This document shows, piece after piece, positions 41,238-51,289 of a stretch of 64,000 nucleotides of DNA. This stretch comes from a virus, in IMG/VR virus record IMGVR_UViG_3300035698_012088, positions 64,001 through 128,000 of that record; one strand, given 5' to 3'. Positions within the stretch are counted from its first letter, which is position 1, and each line of letters starts with the position of its first letter. The notes beneath the pieces are model-generated. The model saw only the letters and a program-made list of their open reading frames with translations. It was not told where the DNA came from and did not search any database. The translations under genes and the position numbers were made by a program.

Positions 41238-41461
41238 AATGAGTTCCATTGACAAGTTTCTAAGAGACTGGTGGAGACAAACTGAGCAGATCCTCAGGGC
41301 TAGGTATAAATACAGCCTAAAGGATGTGAACAAGCAGTACTTAGATGACTGCTTTGAGGTCAGCCTGAGACCGGATCAGGCAGTAAATTATATGGCAGAA
41401 TTTTATCAGTTCCATAAACTTAGAGGGAAAAAACCACCCCGGTACTAAAAGAAAAATATGT

Positions 41462-41536
41462 GCGCCATTGGTGTTAGAGATAGCATAGGGCCCCTCCAAG
41501 GCTCGGGCATCGGTTTGAATCCGATATGGCGCTCCA
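41462..41536 (+). tRNA. tRNA-Gly(TCC) with atypical C33, A19 and U56
   Basis: GCGCCAT/ATGGCGC acceptor, U discriminator, CCA; anticodon arm GGGCC-CCTCCAA-GGCTC; T arm ATCGG-TTTGAAT-CCGAT. Confidence 0.85.
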
Positions 41537-41773
41537 CAACCTATAAGGAAATGTAAGAAATAATATGTATGGAGATTATGATTTTTGGATAGTCTCAAAT
41601 AGCAAAGAGACCTTATTGTTTTATGGACCCAAGCCTGAAAAAGTAAATGGAAAGTGGTCCTCAGTATATGGCCCAGTAGGGCAGTTACCTAATAAGAAGT
41701 TTAAACCTAACCAGTTCAAAGAACCGGTACACCTCACCTTATACGAAGAAGATATGTGTAAGTTAGAGGACTC

Positions 41774-41802
41774 TTGATAATGATGAGATACTGTGGTATA
41801 TT
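41774..41802 (+). promoter_or_regulatory. sigma70 promoter with extended -10 for the HNH gene
   Basis: TTGATA-17nt-TATATT, with TGn immediately before the -10. Confidence 0.6.
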
Positions 41803-41830
41803 TATAGTAAACCCACAATAGGAGATCATT

Positions 41831-42481
41831 ATGAGAACAATTAAGAAAAACTGCATAAATGGACATGAGGTACATATAAGTAGGATGAAATGTCCAGAGT
41901 GCGGAATAGGTAAATTTGAAAAAGTATATAATACCTGTGAAAACTGCAAAGAGTCTTTTCCTGTTAGACAAAAAATAGGAGGTAAGGCTCTTACAGCATA
42001 TAATAGAAAATACTGCTACACCTGTTCCCCACCTCGCTCTATGAAGTATTGGGATTATATGTCCCCTGCTAAGGAAAAGGTCTGCTCTTGCTGTAAAGAA
42101 AAGAAACCTTTAGAAGAATATGTTAAAGAGAGAATAAGCGTTACAGGTAGACAGCTATACAGTGTTTGGTGTAAAAGATGTAAAAGCTCCTATAGTGTAC
42201 ATTTAAGACGTAGATATAAGCAGGATATGGTAGACTATAAAGGAGGAGAGTGCTCCCACTGCGGCTATGCTAAATGTTTAAGTGCCTTGGACTTCCATCA
42301 CGTCGATCCTTCAAAAAAGGAATTCTCGCTAAAAGAGTACACCACAAGAAAATTATCAGCAGTCTGTAAAAAAGAATTAGATAAGTGTATACTATTATGC
42401 GCCACATGCCATAGAGCAGAACATGATAGGCTTTTCTTAAAAGATAGGGACTTTTCTAGATTTAAAAAGGAGAATAAATGA
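41831..42481 (+). CDS. free-standing HNH endonuclease with zinc fingers
   Basis: CSHCGY...LDFHHVDP.KK...CILLCATCH. Confidence 0.85.
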   Translation: MRTIKKNCINGHEVHISRMKCPECGIGKFEKVYNTCENCKESFPVRQKIGGKALTAYNRKYCYTCSPPRSMKYWDYMSPAKEKVCSCCKEKKPLEEYVKERISVTGRQLYSVWCKRCKSSYSVHLRRRYKQDMVDYKGGECSHCGYAKCLSALDFHHVDPSKKEFSLKEYTTRKLSAVCKKELDKCILLCATCHRAEHDRLFLKDRDFSRFKKENK

Positions 42482-43221
42482 AGATATTTGGAGTGGATCC
42501 AGGAACATCAGAATCTGGATATGTAGTATATGATACAGAGACAGAAGATATAATATCGTTTGGTAAAATAGACAACGATGCCTTGCTAAAGATTATTGTT
42601 GAAAATCCTGACGAAGCAGATGTGATGGCCATAGAAATTATTACATCATATGGCCAGAGAGTTGGAAAAGAGACATTCCAAACCTGTTTCTTCATTGGAA
42701 AATGTATGCAAGGGTTTAGGAAAAAGCATTATAGAATTAAGAGAGTAGATGAAAAGAAGTACATATGTGGCACAGGTGCTGCCAAAGATAGTGGAATAAG
42801 ACAAGAATTGCTTGATAGATTTGAGCCAGACTTGATTGCAGGGAAGAGACCCAAAGGTAAACTCAAAGGATTCAAGGCTGATATCTATTCAGCCCTTGCA
42901 GTGGCCATAACCTGTGAAGAACAGTATTTGAAAACACAAAGAATGAAAACACCCATACAGACAGAGGATGAATTAGTAGAGAATTTAATGAAATTGTGGA
43001 ACGAGCTTTGTGGGCCTCCCCCCAGTGGATCATCACCTCCAGCTGGAGAGTTTTTTAGATCAGAAAAGAAGTTAACCAATATAGAGATAGGAGACCTAGG
43101 GACTGCCCTGGAGAAATTCAACGGAGAGACAGGTGTATTCTTTAGTGATGGGCTACTAAATATCTACTACTCTCTACATCCTGTAACCAAATCAGATAGA
43201 ATTGAAGGAAGAGTAATGTGA
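42478..43221 (+). CDS. ruvC: RuvC-like Holliday junction resolvase
   Basis: IFGVDPGTSESGY, MAIE, KK.ICG.G.AKD and DIYSALAVA motifs. Confidence 0.8.
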   Translation: MKIFGVDPGTSESGYVVYDTETEDIISFGKIDNDALLKIIVENPDEADVMAIEIITSYGQRVGKETFQTCFFIGKCMQGFRKKHYRIKRVDEKKYICGTGAAKDSGIRQELLDRFEPDLIAGKRPKGKLKGFKADIYSALAVAITCEEQYLKTQRMKTPIQTEDELVENLMKLWNELCGPPPSGSSPPAGEFFRSEKKLTNIEIGDLGTALEKFNGETGVFFSDGLLNIYYSLHPVTKSDRIEGRVM

Positions 43222-43264
43222 CTTCTAAGAAACTAACTTCTCTAGAGGTCTCGGACAAAAAGCA

Positions 43265-43573
43265 TTGGAAAAAGTACAAGGAGAGCAATCTATGACAAGA
43301 GAAACTATATTAGAGGACAGCAGGAATATGATTAATACTGGTGCAGCAAGAGCAACAGCTCTGATAAAGGCTAATCCAGCAGTGATCGGTTTAGGTCTTG
43401 TGATTATAGCAGGTATCATACAGCCTATTGCAGCAGTTCTAGGCGCAGCAGGTTTAGCAGCATTATCCTCTAATACCCCAGAGGCAAAAGTAGAAGCAGA
43501 AGAAGACGCTGTGGTCGTGCCTGATCAGGATACAGTGACTCCAGTTGAAGGAGCCCCAGATAGAGAGGAATAA
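43265..43573 (+). CDS. small membrane protein
   Basis: hydrophobic VIGLGLVIIAGIIQPIAAVLGAAGLAAL and acidic tail. Confidence 0.6.
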   Translation: MEKVQGEQSMTRETILEDSRNMINTGAARATALIKANPAVIGLGLVIIAGIIQPIAAVLGAAGLAALSSNTPEAKVEAEEDAVVVPDQDTVTPVEGAPDREE

Positions 43574-44064
43574 GAACATTAATGGTAATACACAAGTTAG
43601 GCTGGAAAAGGTAATACCTCATTTCAGTGAACTGTTTTCTAATTTTATTCTTATAGGGGTCCTCTTCAAAAGGGAGGACCCCTATGGGGGATCCAGTAAT
43701 CAAATAGGCTATTCTTCTTTGACCTATGGTACAAAGAAGGCACTATATGCTTTGTGTAAGAGTCTAATGTTAGTGTCTTTTCAAGAGGAAGTTCAAAAGA
43801 CTACTATGGAAGATACTAAATTAGAAGTTATCAAGAAATGTACACCTATAATAGAAACGGAATTTAAAGATTATATCTTAGCAGGAATAAAATTAGAGAA
43901 CCCTAAGACCTGGGGGTATTATGTGAATTTTAGACACAAAGGCCTGGACAGATTTGATTTAGGAAGAGCTGTTCTCTGGGCCATGGAACAAATATCCAAT
44001 AACAACTATGAAGATGAAGACGATAAAGATAAACCAGAAGAACTACTAAACTAAACTATATACC

Positions 44065-44074
44065 TATTCGTAAA
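44065..44074 (+). promoter_or_regulatory. recurrent intergenic motif TATTCGTAAA (copy 1; others at 44846 and 60562)
   Basis: three exact copies noticed, all intergenic on the + strand. Confidence 0.55.
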
Positions 44075-44081
44075 GAGGAGA

Positions 44082-44825
44082 GTGCTCCCATTATCTGTAA
44101 ATAATAAGTATTGTAAAATGATAAGAATGACGATTAAAGAAGCCACTAAATTAACAGGTGGTTTATCCAATCCCTCCAAGATGCCAGGATATGGTTACTC
44201 TGTATCTAAAGATACATGTCCGGTTATAGCTAAACATAGTGACTGTGACTCTATATGCTCCAAATGCTATGCTAAGAAAGGGAGATATAATTTCCCCAAG
44301 GTACAAGCAGCTATGAAGCTCAGAGCCCAAAAGAGAATGTTTTCTTTGGAATGGCAGAAAGGTATGGAACACCTTATATCCAAGAGATGTACAGGCTGGT
44401 ATGGTAATGTCCCTTATTTCAGATGGCATGACTGTGGAGATATAGAATATGTAGAGGATCTTTTGTCTATCATGAGTATAGCAAAGAATTTACCTAAAGT
44501 ACACTTTTGGTTACCCACCAAGAGATATGAATTAGTAGAAATGATAGATAAAAAAGATGTACCAAAGAACTTAACTATAAGACTCTCTGCACATTATATA
44601 GATAGAAAGCCAATGTATGACTGTGCTATTGGTTCCCAGGATGGCACATCATTTAAAGTAGAAGACCCTGGTAAACTGAAGAAGTACCCCTTCTCAACAG
44701 TTATCAAAGAAATATCATATAAAGATGCTAGAATATGTCCCGCCACAAATGGGCAAAAGGGATGTCAAGAGTGTAGAAAATGCTGGGATTCCAAGGTAAA
44801 ACATATTTCTTACAAGATTCACTAA
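44082..44825 (+). CDS. GP88-family (radical-SAM-like fold) phage protein
   Basis: SKMPG, CP....C..CYA.KG.Y, FRWHDCGD, WLPTK, NL.IRLS, CPA...C..C..CW. Confidence 0.7.
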   Translation: MLPLSVNNKYCKMIRMTIKEATKLTGGLSNPSKMPGYGYSVSKDTCPVIAKHSDCDSICSKCYAKKGRYNFPKVQAAMKLRAQKRMFSLEWQKGMEHLISKRCTGWYGNVPYFRWHDCGDIEYVEDLLSIMSIAKNLPKVHFWLPTKRYELVEMIDKKDVPKNLTIRLSAHYIDRKPMYDCAIGSQDGTSFKVEDPGKLKKYPFSTVIKEISYKDARICPATNGQKGCQECRKCWDSKVKHISYKIH

Positions 44826-44994
44826 AAAAGATTTAGAGCTTAACCTATTCGTAAAAAAGCAGTTCCAGATGTTATGAAATTTTGATCAATTTTTCCCCTA
44901 TTGATAGATGCGAAATTGACTAGTAGAGTAAGGACATACAGCGGGCCACACTGGGTCCGTATTTTTATTCAAAAGAGAAGGATAGGAGAAAATA

Positions 44995-47900
44995 ATGATA
45001 GAAGAAATGACATTCCAGAAGTTCCAGAAGAGAGACGGCAAGATAGTAAACTTTGATGAAGCTAAGATTGAGGCAGCAGTGCACAAAGCATATATAGCAG
45101 CCAGAGGGTCTAATCACTCCTTAGTTCCTAGTATAGTATCAGAAAAAGTGGCAGAAAAAGTATATGGTGAGGACGAAGCAATATGGCACATCAATCAGGT
45201 TCATGATCTAGTTGCTATGTACTTAAAGGAAGTGGGATGTGACGATGTAGGAGTAGCTTATACAGAGTATAGACTTAAGAGGGATAAAGCTAGGAAAGAG
45301 ATAAAGGTAAAGAATACAACCAAGTCCAAGAAGAGTATCACAGATGCATCTTTACTATTAGTAGAGGCCTCTGATTGTTATACCACTACTTGGGATAGAA
45401 ATGAGATAGAGAAGACCTTAGAGACCCAGACAGAACTAGACTCTGATACTAGAGAAGCAATAGCAAAATTAGTAGAGAACAAGGTAATAGACTCAGGACT
45501 AAAAACTATAACTACAGCTTTTGTAAGAGAGCTAATTAACACTGTACTACATGAGGGCAACTATGGGTGTGAGGTACAGGACTTAACAGTATATAGAATT
45601 TCAAGAGATTTTGTAGACAATTTGATGTATGACAAGGTAGATGAAAACAGTAACATCTCCAACAACAACCCAGAGGCAGTCTCTATGGCTATCTCTGAAG
45701 TAGTGCTCAAGGAATGGGCTTTAGATACAGTGTTTTCAGATGAATTGAAGAGAGCCCACTTAACAGGGGCAATCCATTTACATGACTTAGGTTATCCTCA
45801 TAGAGTATACTGCTCATCCCACAGTATTGAGTATTTGAAGAAATACGGCCTTGTAGGGCATGACAACCTTAATACGGAGTCAGCCCCGGCTAAGAGTGCT
45901 AGTGTCCTTACAGGGCATCTAAACACGTATCTAGCTAGTATGCAGGCTAACTATGCCGGTGCACTAGGTCTCGGCTATGTTAACATCTTCTATGCACCCT
46001 ACTTAGTGGGCAAAACAGACAAGGAAATGAAACAGGTTGCACAAGAGTTAATCTTTAATGGTTCTCAGAATGCATTCAGCAGAGGAGGACAGACCCTTTT
46101 CTTAGATTTCAATATCCATAGTGGAGTACCAAGTTACCTCAGAGATGTTCCTGTAATAGGACCAGGAGGTAAGTATAAAGCAACCATGAATGGTCACGAT
46201 GCCCTCTTAGAGGATAGATATGAAAAAGAGGAAGATCCTAATGGAAATAAGCTAATGAGCTTATGGCATGGCGATCTTTGTGTATATAAAGAAGTGTACA
46301 CTAAACACGGATATAAAGTTGAATATCCCTATACTGATATTAAACTAATGACATATAAAGATTACGAAGTAGAGTCTCGGAGATTCTGCTCAGCCCTACT
46401 TAAAGTATGGGAAGAAGGAGATAAGAATGGCAATATATTTCCGTTTCCAAAATGCGATTTTCACGTTGATGCGGACACCTTCCTTAAGGAAGAAAATCAC
46501 AAACTGTTTTCTAAAGCCTGTGAACTATCTTCTGTTAATGGCTCCACGTATTTTGTGTTTGACAGAGATGCTGTTACCTTGTCTGCCTGTTGTTTTTCAG
46601 GTGACCAAGATATACTAATAAAAGGCAGTGCTAAAGTAACCAAAACAAAGTTTAAAGACTTTAAAGATTTAGACTACGAAGCATATAAAAGAAATTTGAC
46701 TATTTTTCATAATGGTGCTTGGTGTAAGGGTAAATATATAGAGACAGATTCTACAGATGTAGATTTCTATAAAATTAAGACAACAAATAACAAAGAGATG
46801 GTAGTAACAGCGGACCATATATTCCCCACCTGGGGGGGAGATACAGTGGCGTGTCAGTTAGATGTAGAAGACTATCTGCAGTTTAACACACTAGAGTTAG
46901 ATAAACTAGCCACACAGGATCTAGGCCTAACTTTTGAACAAGGGTTCTTGATAGGTCTATATTTAGGCGATGGGAGTTTAGATAAATCAGGTAGAAAACA
47001 TGATGTATGTTTTTCACTTAATGAGCGAGATTATAATATAGCTCTACCTTATCTGACTAAAGCTCTAGAAGACTGGAATATTTCTGCAAACATATGCCTC
47101 AACACCCCCTATAATAATGTTCATCCTGTAAGGATATCCTCTGCAGAACTTATAGACTTTATTAGAGTATGGATAGCCGGGAACCATTGTTATGAAAAAG
47201 AATTGGACTTAAACGCTCTTGTGCAGTCAACGGAGTTTAGAGAAGGCATAGTGCACGGGTATTACACCTCTGATGGAGGAAACTCCAATAGGATCTACTC
47301 AACATCTAAAAAGTTGATTGATCAGATGGAGTGTGTTTTTACTAGCTTAGGGATGCAGACAACTATAGACGTATCAGATAGGACAGACGAACCTGTAATT
47401 ATAAGGGGAGAGCAGTTCAAGAGAAACCACCCCCTATACTGCATAAGATGGTTTAACCTAAAGAATAGAAGAGCATATCCAGAGCATTATAAAGTACATA
47501 ATAATAGCGTATATTTCAAAATTGAATCTATAGAAAACCTTGGAACTATTTCCGACAAAGCGTATTGTTTTGAAATGGACAATACAGAAGAGCCATATTT
47601 TACCCTACCTAGTGGAGTAATCACACACAACTGTAGACTGCGCACTACACTGGACGATAAGTATGCTTTAATGCATCCTGAATTAGTGTCTTTTTGTGGG
47701 TTTCAGAATGTAACTGTAAATCTACCCCAAGCTGCATATAGAGCAGCAAGGAAAGGTAATAAGTCCATAGAGGGATTCCTAGAAGAGATAGATAATACAA
47801 TGAGTCTGTGTGTACAGGCCCATCTACAGAAGAAAGATAAGATAGCACAGCTTCTAGACAAACCAGGGAAGCCTTTATACCAAATAGGTAAAATAGCTGC

Positions 47901-48606
47901 CCATGGTAAACCTTTTGTTGAGTTAGACAAATGTACATATATCATAGGTATCATAGGACTTAACGATGCACTCAACTATATGTATGGTAAAGAGATGCAC
48001 GATGACCCAGAGATTATGGACAAGGCACTCAAAGTAGTAGCCCATATGTACCATAAGACTCAGAACTACACAAAGAAACATGGACTCAAGTTTACTCTTG
48101 AAGAGACTCCAGCTGAATCCGCTGCAAGAAGATTAGCCAAAACTGATCTTAAGTTCTACCCAGAATCTGCAGGAGTGATCAAAGGTGGAGAGGACACAGA
48201 GTATTATACCAATAGCATCCATCTCAGTGCAGATGCAGATGTATCTCTCATAGAGAGGATTAGAGAACAAGCCAAGTTTCACTCCCTAATTGAATCTGGG
48301 GCCATAACCCATGCTTTTGTGGGCGAGGAAAATCCAGATCCCAAGACAATAGAGACATTAGTAGAGAGGGTGTTCTTAGATACCCAATCTGCACAGATCA
48401 CAATATCCCCTGAGTTTACAATCTGTGACCGCTGTAAAAAGCAAAGTAGAGGACTGGAAGACACATGTGTTCATTGTGGAAGCCCAGAGGTGAAACACTT
48501 AACACGAGTTGTGGGTTATTTCTCTCTGATAGAAAACTGGAATAAGTCTAAGAGAGAAGGAGAACTCAATGCAAGACATACAGGAGAATATAGAGTCGGA
48601 ACCTGA
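44995..48606 (+). CDS. nrdD: anaerobic (class III) ribonucleoside-triphosphate reductase with intein
   Basis: ATP cone KRDG, IHLHDL, SRGGQT, FPFPK, TPAES, YYTNS, CxxC..CxxC and glycyl-radical loop TRVVGYFS. Confidence 0.93.
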   Translation: MIEEMTFQKFQKRDGKIVNFDEAKIEAAVHKAYIAARGSNHSLVPSIVSEKVAEKVYGEDEAIWHINQVHDLVAMYLKEVGCDDVGVAYTEYRLKRDKARKEIKVKNTTKSKKSITDASLLLVEASDCYTTTWDRNEIEKTLETQTELDSDTREAIAKLVENKVIDSGLKTITTAFVRELINTVLHEGNYGCEVQDLTVYRISRDFVDNLMYDKVDENSNISNNNPEAVSMAISEVVLKEWALDTVFSDELKRAHLTGAIHLHDLGYPHRVYCSSHSIEYLKKYGLVGHDNLNTESAPAKSASVLTGHLNTYLASMQANYAGALGLGYVNIFYAPYLVGKTDKEMKQVAQELIFNGSQNAFSRGGQTLFLDFNIHSGVPSYLRDVPVIGPGGKYKATMNGHDALLEDRYEKEEDPNGNKLMSLWHGDLCVYKEVYTKHGYKVEYPYTDIKLMTYKDYEVESRRFCSALLKVWEEGDKNGNIFPFPKCDFHVDADTFLKEENHKLFSKACELSSVNGSTYFVFDRDAVTLSACCFSGDQDILIKGSAKVTKTKFKDFKDLDYEAYKRNLTIFHNGAWCKGKYIETDSTDVDFYKIKTTNNKEMVVTADHIFPTWGGDTVACQLDVEDYLQFNTLELDKLATQDLGLTFEQGFLIGLYLGDGSLDKSGRKHDVCFSLNERDYNIALPYLTKALEDWNISANICLNTPYNNVHPVRISSAELIDFIRVWIAGNHCYEKELDLNALVQSTEFREGIVHGYYTSDGGNSNRIYSTSKKLIDQMECVFTSLGMQTTIDVSDRTDEPVIIRGEQFKRNHPLYCIRWFNLKNRRAYPEHYKVHNNSVYFKIESIENLGTISDKAYCFEMDNTEEPYFTLPSGVITHNCRLRTTLDDKYALMHPELVSFCGFQNVTVNLPQAAYRAARKGNKSIEGFLEEIDNTMSLCVQAHLQKKDKIAQLLDKPGKPLYQIGKIAAHGKPFVELDKCTYIIGIIGLNDALNYMYGKEMHDDPEIMDKALKVVAHMYHKTQNYTKKHGLKFTLEETPAESAARRLAKTDLKFYPESAGVIKGGEDTEYYTNSIHLSADADVSLIERIREQAKFHSLIESGAITHAFVGEENPDPKTIETLVERVFLDTQSAQITISPEFTICDRCKKQSRGLEDTCVHCGSPEVKHLTRVVGYFSLIENWNKSKREGELNARHTGEYRVGT
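46591..47631 (+). mobile_element. 347-aa intein with LAGLIDADG endonuclease
   Basis: starts CFSGDQ, block B TADH, LIGLYLGDG and HGYYTSDG, ends THN before Cys; removal restores SACCRL. Confidence 0.92.
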
Positions 48607-48776
48607 ATGGGATGTTCCCCCAAAGGAATTTCAGGAAGTGATATTAACAATTTTAAAACAGGGACATAAGAATAGAGATCAGGGGTTTAGAGACGAGTTC
48701 CCTGAGGAAGTTAAAGAAGGTTTACGTAGAATGGAGGACCCAGATGATGATTGGGTTCCCCCAGGGTGGGAGAAAG

Positions 48777-49157
48777 ATGTATAACATAGTAATATTTGGT
48801 AAGAAGGGTTGCGCTAAATGTAAAATCCTGAAGAAGAGAATAGCTAAAGTCTTAGAAGATGAAAAATACAGTGCATACCTGTGCACTGAAAAAGATATAA
48901 CACTAGATAATGACTTAGTAGACTTATGTAATGCTGAGTGTATTAACCCCCAACAGATACCTGCATTTTATGTAGAGACAGAGGGGAAACCTATTGTTAG
49001 GACAAGCCACTTTTCACAGATAGAATTATCTTGTTTATATGGAGTGTATACTAATTACAGTACTACAGGTACAATATTAGAGGAAGACATAAGAAATATA
49101 CTTGATCAAGTTCTAGCCCTAAAACTAGGAAATGAAAAAATGAAGAAAGATCCCTAA
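48777..49157 (+). CDS. thioredoxin/glutaredoxin-like protein, likely NrdD reductant
   Basis: IVIFGKKGCAKC and cis-Pro-like QIPAF; just downstream of nrdD. Confidence 0.7.
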   Translation: MYNIVIFGKKGCAKCKILKKRIAKVLEDEKYSAYLCTEKDITLDNDLVDLCNAECINPQQIPAFYVETEGKPIVRTSHFSQIELSCLYGVYTNYSTTGTILEEDIRNILDQVLALKLGNEKMKKDP

Positions 49158-49178
49158 CACAAACTATCAGGAAATAGA

Positions 49179-49907
49179 ATGACATTCAACACTTATTTGC
49201 AAAAAGTAACAGGGTTAACCAAAGAGGAAATCCCTAAGAGATTAAATGGAAAATACTTAACCAATAAGAATACCTTTAAGGAAGGACTGGACACAACTCT
49301 CTTGGCTTATGGTATATATGGAGAAGAGGGACTACTAGGGATATACAAAGGACCTCGATCTCTGCAATGTTGGTTGGTGACACTTCCACACAACGTAGAG
49401 CTGAGAGCAACCTTGGGCCTAATTGAAGCTCCCAGTGAAAAGCATGAAATAAATGTAGAGAAGTTTAACGCAGATAAAGTACTTGCTACTCTCCTTACAA
49501 AAAAGGACATGTTTAGTAAGGTATATTTAACTGAAAAGAACTTAGACATCCTAGAAGCAGCAATAGTTAAATATACAGTGGATGTTTTAGCAGAGTTTAC
49601 TATAACAAGCGACGCGACCAACTGGAAACCCACTAAGCTGTATGCCTTAGGAAAGAAACCTGGCCACAGTACATTAGGACTATACGAGAAGACCACTGTT
49701 TATGAAAGAGATAGGTATACTTCGGTGTATAAACCTAGTCAGAAAAACTTACTCTTAGCTTTTATTCACAATGTACATACATATAATTATTATGGTAGAG
49801 ATCAAACCTACAAAATGCATAAACAGAGTATAGAGCTTAAAACCGACAAAACCCTAAAAGAACTCAAAGAACAGGTCAGCGTAGAGCTGGCCATAATGGA
49901 GCTGTAA
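49179..49907 (+). CDS. hypothetical protein with C-terminal tag (LAIMEL)
   Basis: 242-aa ORF directly upstream of the AAA+ ATPase. Confidence 0.7.
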   Translation: MTFNTYLQKVTGLTKEEIPKRLNGKYLTNKNTFKEGLDTTLLAYGIYGEEGLLGIYKGPRSLQCWLVTLPHNVELRATLGLIEAPSEKHEINVEKFNADKVLATLLTKKDMFSKVYLTEKNLDILEAAIVKYTVDVLAEFTITSDATNWKPTKLYALGKKPGHSTLGLYEKTTVYERDRYTSVYKPSQKNLLLAFIHNVHTYNYYGRDQTYKMHKQSIELKTDKTLKELKEQVSVELAIMEL

Positions 49908-49915
49908 AGAAAACA

Positions 49916-51088
49916 ATGGACGTTAATCACAACACCCTAGCAAAGCTTATTCACAAGTCATATTACACCACAATCCCTCTCTTTGTTAAAGGGACTACTG
50001 GTATCGGAAAATCCCATACTATCAGAGAACAGGCAAAGATCATTGCTGCAAAGGAAGATCGGGAACTGGTAGACTGGAATTACCTTAGCAAAGAAGAGCA
50101 TATCGCTTTGGCCACTGAGCCTGATAAGCTGAAGAAGCTTTTTATCCTTGCTGATGTAAGAATCAGTCAGATGGATCCCGGTGATCTCCGTGGTCTGCCA
50201 TTCATGGTAACACATGACATGGACGTAGCCAACAACTCAAAAATCTCTGACAAGAGGTTTGCCCGGTATGTAGAGTGGAGTCCTATGGCTTTGTTCCAGT
50301 GCATGTCACAGCATGAGTGCAAAGGTCTTCTCTTCTTTGATGAGATGAACTTGGCCTCCCCCGCTGTACAGGCTGCTGCATATCAGATCATCTTGGATAG
50401 GTGCATTGGTGAGATTTCCCTCTCCCCTGGTGTTTCCGTCCTTGCTGCAGGTAATAGGGTTGAAGATAGAGCTAATGTATTCGAGATGGCAGCGCCCCTC
50501 AAGAATAGGTTCTCCCATATTAACTTAACACCCCCCACCATCAAAGAGTGGACTGATTTTGCCATTAAGGCAGATGTGGACTCTAGGATCATTACGTTCC
50601 TGCAGTTCAAGCCCAGCCTCTTGATGGCAGATCTGAGTAAGTTGGCTAAGTCCAAGACTGATGCCTTCCCTACTCCCAGATCTTGGGTATACTGCTCAAA
50701 ACTTATCAGGGACGAGAAGGGCATGGACTTTGTCCACACTCTTGCAGCCACGGCCATTGGAGATGGACCTGCCCTAGAATTTAAAGCATATGTCAAGCTG
50801 AATGATACCTTGGACATTAACGATCTCCTGAATCATCCAGAGAAGGTGAAGAAGATCGGGGCTTTGGACCTTAAGTGGTCCTTTGTGTCCGCAGTGTCTG
50901 AGATGTACAGAGCTGACAAGAAGCTCCTTACAAAGGTTATTGAAGTGTGTCCTCACATGGACCCAGACTTCAGCGTTAACTTACTTAGAATGATGAAAGC
51001 ACATAACAAGACATCCTTTGTCACAGCCCTGACAAAGTCTCCTGAGTGCATTAAGATCGTAAAGCGGTACGCCAAGTACTTGGTGTAA
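49916..51088 (+). CDS. MoxR-like AAA+ ATPase
   Basis: GTTGIGKS, DLRGLP, LFFDEMN, AAGN, PLKNRF and PTPRSW motifs. Confidence 0.9.
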   Translation: MDVNHNTLAKLIHKSYYTTIPLFVKGTTGIGKSHTIREQAKIIAAKEDRELVDWNYLSKEEHIALATEPDKLKKLFILADVRISQMDPGDLRGLPFMVTHDMDVANNSKISDKRFARYVEWSPMALFQCMSQHECKGLLFFDEMNLASPAVQAAAYQIILDRCIGEISLSPGVSVLAAGNRVEDRANVFEMAAPLKNRFSHINLTPPTIKEWTDFAIKADVDSRIITFLQFKPSLLMADLSKLAKSKTDAFPTPRSWVYCSKLIRDEKGMDFVHTLAATAIGDGPALEFKAYVKLNDTLDINDLLNHPEKVKKIGALDLKWSFVSAVSEMYRADKKLLTKVIEVCPHMDPDFSVNLLRMMKAHNKTSFVTALTKSPECIKIVKRYAKYLV

Positions 51089-51102
51089 TCCTAGTAGTTT
51101 GT

Positions 51103-51134
51103 GGGGAGTGGTGTAAAAACCCTCCCCTTTTTAT
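51103..51134 (+). terminator. intrinsic terminator
   Basis: GGGGAG...CTCCCC followed by TTTTTATT. Confidence 0.7.
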
Positions 51135-51148
51135 TCAAGGAGAGTAGC

Positions 51149-51274
51149 ATGTTAAGATTTTTCATGTGGACAATATTGTGGATTATCTGTTTAGGGTTTC
51201 CCACAATAAAAGTAAGCTATACTGATGGGTTGAATATACATCTTCATGGCTGGCAAGAATTAATTTTTAAGTAG
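51149..51274 (+). CDS. 41-aa hydrophobic peptide, not in the ORF track
   Basis: AAGGAG RBS; MLRFFMWTILWIICLGFP... Confidence 0.5.
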   Translation: MLRFFMWTILWIICLGFPTIKVSYTDGLNIHLHGWQELIFK

Positions 51275-51289
51275 TAGGAAGGAAAAACA

